Assembly (NCBI GenBank): GCA_002269645.1 | Contig: NIVC01000875.1 | Location: forward strand, 62,001 to 126,000 | Reading direction: 5' to 3' | From: Macrostomum lignano | Taxonomy: Eukaryota | Length of the DNA: 64,000 nt | Shown here: one piece after another, positions 51,926 through 61,738 of the stretch | Position numbering within the stretch: position 1 is the first letter of the stretch | Layout of the letters: every line of letters starts with the position of its first letter | Position numbers and translations under genes: made by a program | The notes under the pieces: generated by a model | Seen by the model: the letters and a program-made list of their open reading frames with translations, nothing else | What the model was told of the DNA's origin: nothing | Databases searched by the model: none

Positions 51926-52672
51926 ATGACGGCTCGGGTGCCAGCTGGAGAATACCGCTGCGACTTCTCCGATTTCGGCTGCAGATTCGTGTCCAACGGC
52001 CCGCAGTCTGAGACTCAACACTATGAGTCCCCTGACGGCAGGCATGAGCACATACGCTTGGCGAGCGACAAGCTGCGCAATCTTCAACAGACAGTCGATC
52101 GTTTGACGCAAAGCGTCAGGCAAAACCAGCAGGAACTTCGTAGAAAAAAGTTGGAAATCGACGAGCTCAATAGGAGGCTGCATCGATTGGAGGCACACAG
52201 CGAGCGCGTGATCTCCGTGTTCGAGCTGAGCATCCGGGATCTGCTCGCTGAGGACCCCGGCTGGCACCGCTGCCTCACGCAGCAGTTCGACTACGGCCTG
52301 GACATCCAGGCCCGCCTGCTCGAGTCTCCGACTGGCGCCGAGTTTCGCTTCCGGCTGCGGCTGCGACCGACGCCGCACGACCGAACTCTGCGGTGGCCGT
52401 TCCGGTCGACTGTCCGGGTCGCCGTTTTTCCTCCGGACGGTCAGCCGCAGCTTCTTCTTGAAGGGAGCTCAGCGACTCTGCTTCCGGAGAGACTTCCGGC
52501 CGATCAGCGGAGGCTGCTGGAAAGACCGGAGGCAGCTGGAGTTGAGGAACGGGAACGGAATTCCATTGAGATTCGAGCTCCGGCTCGACTCAGCAGGGCC
52601 CAGCTGCTCAGTCTGCCTGATGGAAGCTCCTTCGCTGCTCGAGTGGTCCTGCTGCCGGAAGGAGCTGAATGA
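51926..52672 (+). CDS. TRAF-like protein without RING (one TRAF-type zinc finger, coiled coil, divergent MATH-like domain), 248 aa
   Basis: CDFSDFGCRF...H...H; heptad coiled coil; D..LRWPF..V motif typical of TRAF MATH domains. Intronless. Confidence 0.65.
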   Translation: MTARVPAGEYRCDFSDFGCRFVSNGPQSETQHYESPDGRHEHIRLASDKLRNLQQTVDRLTQSVRQNQQELRRKKLEIDELNRRLHRLEAHSERVISVFELSIRDLLAEDPGWHRCLTQQFDYGLDIQARLLESPTGAEFRFRLRLRPTPHDRTLRWPFRSTVRVAVFPPDGQPQLLLEGSSATLLPERLPADQRRLLERPEAAGVEERERNSIEIRAPARLSRAQLLSLPDGSSFAARVVLLPEGAE

Positions 52673-53324
52673 GCACGGATTGCAGGGGTGCAAAATGAGT
52701 CCTGCCGGTATTTGACCTATTGTTCGTGACCTCTATTTCATATTCATTCAGTTCATGATTCAGCTTTAAGGCTTATCTGCATGTACAATAATTAATTCCT
52801 TAGTTTTACCAATGCGGAGTTAGCGCGGTAAGATGTGAAGCTAAGACACTTTTTATTCAGCTTTCTAAGTCAGCACTGTAATTTTCATTTGCGCCTCTTG
52901 CCAATGATACAAATTTTTATCATTTCATAGAACTTTTTTGAAGTCACGGTCATGTACTCGCATAGCTTTTACCATCAGTACTTTTGTTAATATTTCTTTG
53001 AATATTTACTTTTTAATTGTTTTTCATATTTTTTATAGGAAAACAGGCTATTCAATAATGATTGAGCAATACCTAGAGGTACCTATACACATGCAATATT
53101 TGTCTGTTCCTTCAGTTGCTGCGAAAACAAAAGCCGGAGAAAACAAGTGTGCAGAGTTTTTTGTTTCTCCTTTCACCCTGACAGATGCTTTGCTCATGTA
53201 CCCTCGTATCTATGGTAAAAAGCGCAACTTCAAACTGGAATAATCCGCATCGCTCCTATCGTTTTGGTCAGAAATTTTAGATTCCGCAGGGGAATTAAAC
53301 ATCAATCCCCCTTCAGCATCATTC

Positions 53325-54592
53325 ACACCTCAGCAACATTCCCCTCACCATCACCTCCCTCACCATCATCCCCCATCACCATCATCACCCATCACCATCA
53401 TCCCCCATCACCATCATCCCCCATCACCATCATCCCCCATCACCATCATCCCCCATCACCATCATCCCCCATCACCATCATCCCCCATCACCATCATCCC
53501 CCATCACCATCATCACCCATACCATAATCCCCCCTCATCATCATCCGCCCTGCGCATCATCCCCCTCATCATCATCCACCCTGCGCATCATCCCCCCCTC
53601 ATCATCATCCGCCCTAAGCATCATCCCCCCTCATCATCATCCGCCCTGCGCATCATCCCACCTCATCATCATCCGCCCTAAGCATCATCCCCCTCAGCAT
53701 CATCGCCCCTCAGCATCATCCCCCTCAGCATCATCCCCTCTCAGCATCATCCCCCCTCAGCATCATCCCCCTTCAGCATCATCCCCCCTCAGCATCATCC
53801 CCCCTCAGCATCATCCCCCCTCAGCATCATCCCCTCTCAGCATCATCCCCCCTCAGCATCATCCCCTCATCATCATCCGCCCTGCGCATCATCCCCTCTC
53901 ATCATCATCCGCCCTGCGCATCATCCCCCTCATCATCATCCACCCTGCGCATCATCCCCCCTCATCATCATCCGCCCTAAGCATCATCCCCCTCAGCATC
54001 ATCCCCCCTCAGCATCATCCCCCCTCAGCATCATCCGCCCTAAGCATCATCCCCCCTCATCATCATCCGCCCTAAGCATCATCCCCCCTCAGCATCATCC
54101 CCCCTCAGCATCATCCCCCCTCAGCATCATCCGCCCTAAGCATCATCCCCCTCATCATCATCCGCCCTAAGCATCATCCCCCCTCAGCATCATCCCCCTC
54201 AGCATCATCCCCCCTCAGCATCATCCCCCTCAGCATCATCCGCCCTGCGCCCTGCGCATCATCCCCCTCATCATCATCCGCCCTGCGCCCTGCGCATCAT
54301 CCCCCTCATCATCATCCGCCCTAAGCATCATCCCCCTCATCATCATCCCCCTCATCATCATCCGCCCTAAGCATCATCCCCCTCAGCATCATCTCCCCTC
54401 AGCATCATCCCCCCTCAGCATCATCCCCCTTCAGCATCATCCCCCCTCAGCATCATCCCCCCTCATCATCATCCGCCCTGAGCTTCATCCCCCTTCAGCA
54501 TCATCCCCCTCAGCATCATCCCCCTCAGCATCATCCCCCCTCAGCATCATCCCCACTCAGCATCATCCCCACTCAGCATCATCCCCACTCAG
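53325..54592 (+). repeat. C-rich 12-21 bp composite minisatellite (catcatccccctcag and variants)
   Basis: Tandem units are directly visible. Confidence 0.95.
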
Positions 54593-55105
54593 CCCCTCTC
54601 TCCTGTCTTCTTTCTTCTCTATTCCCTCTGAAACGATCTCTCTCCTCTCCTCTGGGCCACAGTCATGCACTGGGGTGGCCCTACATGTATGGGTAAAAAT
54701 ATTGCCGGGCCCCCAATTTACATATACGAGTTTAATTTTGAGTCTTTTGACTTTTAACAAAATGTGAAGTTGTGAATGTCGTACAACCCCATGCGAAGCG
54801 GGCTTGTGCGGTCGTGTGTACAAGCAGTAGATGCACCGGGGTTACGCCACCTTTACGCTCGATAAAATTTCAATTAGGAAAATGTCTTAATTTATTCTTT
54901 GTTATAAGCCGCTGAAATGCACAGCAACCACAAAACTGATACGAGTATTTTTGCTGAAAATGTTTTGAAAAAAATTTCTACAAGGTACTACGGTTTTGAG
55001 TTCTACTGGAATCGCACTGAAAATGTTTGAGTATGCTAAATAATTTGCCATTGAAGCTAAATTGATATAGTTATCGCTGCACTACTCATGAGTCTCTTAA
55101 TAACA

Positions 55106-56492
55106 GGGTTCAGGGTTAGGGTTGAAGGGTTAGGGTTGAAGGGTTAGGGTTGATGGGTTGGGTTGAAGGGTTAGAGTTGAAGGGTTAGGGTTGAAGGGTT
55201 AGGGTTGAAGGGTTAGGGCTGAAGGGTTAGGGCTGAACGGTTAGGGTTGAAGGGTTAGGGCTGAAGGGTTAGGGTTGAAGGGATAGAATTGAAGGGTTAG
55301 GGTTGAAGGGTTAGGGTTGAAGGGTTAGGGTTGAAGGGATAGGATTGAAGGGTTAGGGTTGAAGGGTTAGGGTTGAAGGGTTAGGGCTGAAGGGTTAGGG
55401 TTGAAGGGTTAGGATTGAAGGGTTAGGGTTGAAGGGATGGGATTAAAGGGTTAGGGCTGAGGGGTTAGGGTTGAAGGGTTAGGGTTGAAGGGTTAGGATT
55501 GAAGGGTTAGGGTTGAAGGGTTAGGATTGAAGGGTTAGGGCTGAAGGGATAGGATTGAAGGGTTAGGGCTGAAGGATTAGGGCTGAAGGGTTAGGGTTGA
55601 AGGGTTAGGGCTGAAGGGTTAGGGTTGAAGGGATAGAATTGAAGGGTTAGGGTTGAAGGGTTAGGGCTGAAGGGTTAGGGTTGAAGGGTTAGGGCTGAAG
55701 GGTTAGGGTTGAAGGGTTAGGGTTGAAGGGTTAGGGCTGAAGGGATAGGATTGAAGGGTTGGGGTTGAAGGGTTAGGGCTGAAGGGATAGGATTGAAGGG
55801 TTAGGGTTGAAGGGTTAGGATTGAAGGGTTAGGGCTGAGGGGTTAGGGTTGAAGGGTTAGGGTTGAAGGGTTAGGATTGAAGGGTTAGGGTTGAAGGGTT
55901 AGGGTTGAAGGGTTAGGGCTGAAGGGATAGGATTGAAGGGTTAGGGCTGAAGGGTTAGGGCTGAAGGGTTAGGGTTGAAGGGTTAGGGCTGAAGGGATAG
56001 GATTGAAGGGTTAGGGTTGAAGGGATAGGATTGAAGGGTTAGGGCTGAAGGGTTAGGGTTGAAGGGTTAGGGCTGAAGGGATAGGATTGAAGGGTTAGGG
56101 TTGAAGGGTTAGGGTTGAAGGGTTAGGGCTGAAGGGATAGGATTGAAGGGTTAGGGCTGAAGGGTTAGGGTTGAAGGGTTAGGGCTGAAGGGATAGGATT
56201 GAAGGGTTAGGGTTGAAGGGTTAGGGTTGAAGGGTTAGGGCTGAAGGGATAGGATTGAAGGGTTAGGGCTGAAGGGTTAGGGTTGAAGGGTTAGGGCTGA
56301 AGGGATAGGATTGAAGGGTTAGGGCTGAAGGGATAGGGCTGAAGGGTTAGGGTTGAAGGGTTAGGGCTGAAGGGATAGGATTGAAGGGTTAGGGCTGAAG
56401 GGATAGGATTGAAGGGTTAGGGCTGAAGGGTTAGGGCTGAAGGGTTAGGGCTGAAGGGATAGGATTGAAGGGTTAGGGTTGAAGGGTTAGGG
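55106..56492 (+). repeat. 14-bp G-rich satellite (GAAGGGTTAGGGTT)n containing TTAGGG; short degenerate copy at 51348-51570
   Basis: About 100 tandem units, with variants gggctgaa and gataggattgaa. Confidence 0.95.
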
Positions 56493-57632
56493 TCGTCTCT
56501 CTTCTTACGTATATTGCTTGTACTGTGCAACTGAATTGCATTGCCATAACAAAGTCTGCTCAAGGAATATGGAGCTACATGAACTCATAAATAATTAGCA
56601 TACTACGAGCGCGTACATAGTAAATAATTTAATTCGGTACCTTTTGTTTGGCTTAGCTATTTACCTCTTCAGGTAGGTCAGAAGGAAAATTCTTTAAAAA
56701 TAATTGAGTATCTCAACGGTCCTGAATTATATATCAACTTCAAACGTGCTGCAAATGCACACAACTCAACTTATATGAGTTGCTTACAAGCGTATGGCAG
56801 TAAAGCATTTTTCAGGTAGGGGACTCTTTAGAAGAATTAGTAGACGTGGCCAAGCAGAATTACTCTCAGTAGAGTTACTGGAAGAATAAGCGCCATGTTA
56901 TTTCCTAGTGCATAATTAAACTACGTGTGGTCTATTGTCTAATGCCGATGTGCCCTTCAACCCACCCCTGCGACGCATCCTTTAGCTATACCCGCCAAAC
57001 TTAATTCGTCCGATTTTTTGCTTTTAGCACCGGTATCTTGATCCGGTTTATTGTCCGGAATCGGCCCATATCCACAGTGTAAAGAAACCGGAACAGAGCC
57101 GGATAAAAAGTTACGTTTCAGGACCAGGCGTTCAGATTTTATCGCCTTTGCCCTGTTTTATGTCCGGTGATTATTCCGAAGTTTGTTCCGGTGCCTGATC
57201 CGGTCAAAGAGAGCCGGATGTTGCGCCGGTTTTGTTCCGGTGCCTGATCCGGTCAAAGAGAGCCGGATGTTGCGCCGGTTGCTGGACCGTGGCATTGACC
57301 GATCCAAATGGGATCGAGACCGGACCGAAAGCCGGACCGGCCCGGTTTAATATTGAACCGTTCTCTCCGGAGCAGGAGGCAGTCTTCCACGCGAATAGAA
57401 AATGAAAAGAAAATTGAAGAGTTTAAACTGAAGTACTTTTTTTTCAATCCAGGCATTTGTCAACCTTTCCATTTCCATGGCAATTTATTTTTACTTCCGA
57501 AACATCGAAAGCACCGAACATCGCAAATCACACATGGTCCCTTACAAATGCGTCGCTTCCCTTCTGGCGCTCACAAATGAGTCATAAAGGTGATAAAGGT
57601 GATAAAGGACGTTCAATTGGCCGAACCAACCG

Positions 57633-59544
57633 TCAAACCGCAAGCTTCAGCAAGTCAACGAGGCTACCGGCCGACTGCAAATCGTCCATGCTCGTGACGA
57701 GGTTAGCCGTCGTCACTGAAGCCGCCAACGTATCCGTAGCCGCAGTCGTAGTCGCAGGCGAAGGGTAAATGAGAACCGGATGGTTCTCATCAGGCTCCTC
57801 CATGACGAAAACGATGGCATGGGAGTCTGTCGTCGAGGAGGCCTTCTTCGGCCTCTTGGTAGCGCTTGGCCTCGGGCCGCTCGATCCGGGCCTCGGGCCG
57901 GTGATACGGCGGCACTTCAGTTTCGGCAGACCCTGGCGAACGCGTGCCGTCTCGCGGCAACGCGAGAAAGCGCGTTGTAGTTGGCGCTTAGTGGCGATGA
58001 CGCCAACGTTCTGCAGCCACTGCTTAGCGATAAGCAGTTTGGCTGGGTTAGCGGCAGCAGTCAGCCGGTCCCCAGCTTTCGGCCCGAGAAATTTGCGCCT
58101 GAAAACTCCGTCTCAGAGAACAGTGCCCGCAAGAGACACCGCAACAGCGACGAATGTTCCGAACGCAGTATTGCGGCGTAGTCCGGACGCTCTTCGTCGA
58201 TGTCCACATGTGGCTGGCCAGCCTTTTCTTTGGCCTGCAAATATGTACGGAGATGAGCTTCCAGTATAGAACGGCTCCCGACCTTGACAAATATATTCGG
58301 TTGGCGGTCCGACAGTGCGACGCGCCCACCGCTATTACTAGCACCGGCCGAGTTTTCAGCGCTGCAGGCAGTCATTATCGCGTGGGTGTCGCTGGCAGAC
58401 AAGGCAGCGTCAGCGACGAAGCGTTTGGCCGAGAAATCACTATCGTCCGCGCTATCACAGCTCATGCGTGTTTCGTCGTCGCTGTGACCAGCGACGTGTG
58501 TGCTAGTATCAGCATTGGTGGACAAATTGTCCGGGTCGGCAACAAGCATAGTGGACGCCCTGATCAGGAATGCGTTGCATGATTGCGCCCTGTTTTGCAT
58601 CTGCCGAATGACGTTGTCCTTGCGACGAATCTCACGCTCAAGGCTGCTCTCGCGCAGCGCCAAATAGGAGGTTCGCTCCTTCGCGTCGTCCAGACGCCGG
58701 CGCAGCTCCACTTCGGCAGCCGACTTGTCTCGTATCTCGCCTCCTGTCAGTGGAGACAAAAGTTAATGTTACTCCGATCAATCATACATTCCCCAGAACA
58801 TTCAACACTTACTTAGTGTCTCCACTAAGATGTCCGCCTTGCGACTTTCCAGTAGCAGGCTTCGACAGGACGCGCAGCCTCGAGGTGGCTCTCTGGTCGG
58901 GGCGTGCACATTCGTGAGGCGACAAGAAGCCGTCGCTTCTTCACGACTTTCGAAGGGCCCACGGATGAGAGTGCCGATCCACCGACGGGCAGTTTTCCTA
59001 TTACTTTTGGCCACTTTAATGGCAACAACACTCCCAACAGAAACTGGGATGGGTCCGTCGCTGCGGCGCTGCACAAATTCTCCGTAGTGGAGACAACGTC
59101 CGTGCGTTCCCGGGATTCGTCATAGCGCATGATGAAGAAGCGCTCGGTAGGCTCTTGCTTGTACGGGAGCATATCGGATCCTTCTTTCGACGGGTTGCCA
59201 CCGTCCCGGTTGACTCGCCTGCCACGTGTGTCTCGATCGCCAGAATCAGTAGCTGAGCACCCCGCCTCATGGGCGAAGCAATCGTCTGCGTCTGCACCAT
59301 TGGGCGTCGGATTTGCGGTTGGCGGCTTAGGTATGGTCGTCTGGACAGCATCGATCACGGGTGTTAGCGTGTCACTGCCAGCTGGTAGATTACCATTCGC
59401 AGCTGGCTGATCGTCCTTCGGCTTCGCCTTCGCCTTCTTCAGAGATCTTGGAGCTTTAGACTTCGAAGCAGTACTAGCCGCAGCGGCGGGAGCTGCGGGA
59501 GCGGCAGCTTTTTTTCCGCTTGCGAAGCAGGTCGCCTTGCCCAT
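57633..59544 (-). CDS. BEN-domain protein with coiled coil; exons 59544-58813 and 58743-57633; two apparent 1-bp frameshifts (~59082, ~58078)
   Basis: Phase-1 intron (a|GTAAGT...gacAG|ga). After correcting the frameshifts: ...DVVST/EFVQRRSDGPIPVSVGSVVAIK..., coiled coil, then LLRCLLRALFSETEFSGANFSG/KAGDRLTAAANPAKLLIAKQWLQ...LQRAFSRCRETAR, a BEN-like pattern. Confidence 0.6.
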
Positions 59545-60255
59545 TTAAAGACTGTAAGACATGGAGCAGGTTTTGAAATTAGGTAATTCCACGTAGAGAT
59601 GACAAAACTCACGAGTAAGAAAAGTGTGTTCGCCTGCTTCTACGAAGAGACATGCAAGATGTACAGTATGTGCCTAGGCGTGTAGAAACTCGAAACTAGA
59701 ACGAAAAAGGAAACTAGATTATGCAACATCTATAGTATGCAAGAAACTATACTACAGTTAATAGAGTATGCAAGTTAAAGAACTTTCGAAAGAAGACAGC
59801 TGACAGATACCCAGCGCTTCGCGTGGAGCTGCAGCTCAACAAAAGCAAATCGTTGTTTTTATTGGCATTTCGTCTGTAGCTCCCAGCTCTTCTCCAGATC
59901 CAGACTCCATCATGCAGTCAAAAAGGTGGTAACGAAGAATAACATTAAAAACATACCTCCCCTGTTTACTCCCATGCAGAATTACATGGATGCTGCCACA
60001 AGAAAATTAAGTAGGTATATGTGCACATGTGTAGTTCGCTTAAGAATCAAACAACAACAATCAAACAATAGAGCAAGTTTTTTCTATTGCGCAAATCGAA
60101 ATTACCGTGTCAATGCCTACACTGAGTAACATACTAACGTCCCTCACTAACTAACTCACTCACTAACCTGGAGTCAGTCACGCCTTCGAGAGGATCAAAA
60201 AGTCGGGATCTAAAAAAGTGTGGCTTTTAGTATGCTGCCCAGTATATCAGTCCAA

Positions 60256-61137
60256 TCAATTCTTTCCGTGGGCCTTCTTCTCCTGCTGGAGCTCACGCAG
60301 ATCCCTTAGTGGCCGTCTGCGGCGGCGTAGCGGTCGCATTGCCGCCACAGGTGCTTCCGGCGGAGTCTCGGGCATGTCAATCGCCCAGAACTGACGTGGA
60401 TCCGCAATGGGTTTCGGTTGGTTCGACCGGTGTTTGCCGGCCTGCTGCAGTCGTCTTTGGCGGCTTTCTGGAGACAGGTTAGAATACCACGACTCGCAGT
60501 CCGGACAGCAGTGCGCCTGCAATTCTAGCCTGTCGGCTTTGCGCCTGCATGGGAAGACGCACGCCGGTCTCGAAGTCCTCTCCGGCAACAGGTTGTAATC
60601 AGCGCGGATTTGAGAAGACGACATGCCGGCATACAGGCCTGCAAAGAGACTGACCCGGCGGCTGGGTTCCGGTGCCGGCTCTGCGGCGGGTGGTACGTGG
60701 TACATGTCAGGGCCCTGCGTCTCAGAACCCTCCTCGTCGTCGTAGTTGAACCTGTCGACTGCCTCGGGTTCCGGTGCCGGCTCTGCGGCGGGTGGTACGT
60801 GGTACATGTCAGGGCCCTGCGTCTCAGAACCCTCCTCGTCGTCGTAGTTGAACCTGTCGACTGCCTCATCGGCGGGTTCCTCATTCGATGCCGCCACGGG
60901 TTTCGCTAGCACAAGTGGAGTCGAATCGAAAGGCCACATCGACTGCAACACTTGCGTACTAGGAATGTCATCTAATGCGACGATGGCCCTATGCGCCCGC
61001 ACCATGGACCCCGTGTTAAAAACTGGCGACGTGGGACGTGAACGGCCGAGTCGAAGGAGCTCAGAACGGAGCAAACGGTTCTCCTCTGTGAGGGCGCGGC
61101 AGATGGGACAGCTGGCTGCGTGTGACCAGTGGTCCAT
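60256..61137 (-). CDS. Compact CtIP/Sae2-like protein (N-terminal CxxC + short coiled coil, C-terminal SAE2-type domain), 293 aa
   Basis: C-terminal RRKADRLELQAHCCPDCESWY...RQRRLQQAGKHR...DPRQFWAIDMPET matches the CtIP signature (RKK.ER..L....CxxC..YY......RHR......TP..FW...FP.T). N-terminal CPIC...EENRLLRSEL. Confidence 0.8.
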   Translation of the reverse strand: MDHWSHAASCPICRALTEENRLLRSELLRLGRSRPTSPVFNTGSMVRAHRAIVALDDIPSTQVLQSMWPFDSTPLVLAKPVAASNEEPADEAVDRFNYDDEEGSETQGPDMYHVPPAAEPAPEPEAVDRFNYDDEEGSETQGPDMYHVPPAAEPAPEPSRRVSLFAGLYAGMSSSQIRADYNLLPERTSRPACVFPCRRKADRLELQAHCCPDCESWYSNLSPESRQRRLQQAGKHRSNQPKPIADPRQFWAIDMPETPPEAPVAAMRPLRRRRRPLRDLRELQQEKKAHGKN

Positions 61138-61455
61138 CGCTGTAAAATTGGGGTAATCGTTATGGCGCTGAAGCGCGTTACCGTTCGAAATTCACAGCTA
61201 TTCAACATACTGTGTATACAGCATACTATACTGTACTACAACTAATAGAGGTGCTGGAACTAGTCGTACAGTAACTATAACGATACAAATACAGATCACA
61301 GCAGAAACTGTCGCTGAGTTTGATTTCGACGTGAACGAGTATGTCCGATGACATCCTAGATGCTATAGTCATTGTACAAACGGAAGCAGAAGACAACAGA
61401 AAGGCAATGTGTTTTAACTCTTTTAGTTTTCGTCTCGTTTATTTCAATACCTACC

Positions 61456-61689
61456 TTAATTATATACCTTAGTGTTACATAGAACGGAAGAATTGAAACT
61501 ATAACTTTCATTTTTTAGGCGAAGAAACACATCATCACATTGTCTTAACTTCGAGCAATGAAGACATAACAAACGCTTGTACTGCTGTTCTCGTTGAGAC
61601 AGTCTGACTGGAGCAAAATAGGTGTACATTTTTGGGTGGGCGTGACAGGAATTGGATATGTATTGTTTAGCCTCGGACCACTTAGTCAT
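61456..61689 (-). CDS. Small 77-aa ORF with CxxH and CxxC motifs between the transposase and the CtIP-like gene
   Basis: SCHAHPK...LCLHCSK; co-oriented with the element's genes; ATG start. No homology recognised. Confidence 0.3.
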   Translation of the reverse strand: MTKWSEAKQYISNSCHAHPKMYTYFAPVRLSQREQQYKRLLCLHCSKLRQCDDVFLRLKNESYSFNSSVLCNTKVYN

Positions 61690-61738
61690 CTTAGCCAGTA
61701 GTTAGCGACAAAACAAAGCACCGAAGCATCCGAGTGGA

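Noticed and set aside
53264-53527. His/Pro-rich ORF
   Set aside because: Translation of the C-rich minisatellite with no independent coding evidence.
55106-56492. A true telomere
   Set aside because: The unit is a 14-mer rather than pure TTAGGG, it is internal, and it belongs to a duplicated block with unique flanks.
57769-58816. Plus-strand ORFs in the transposon region (also 63236-63790)
   Set aside because: Antisense to the BEN gene and the transposase, which have recognisable domains.
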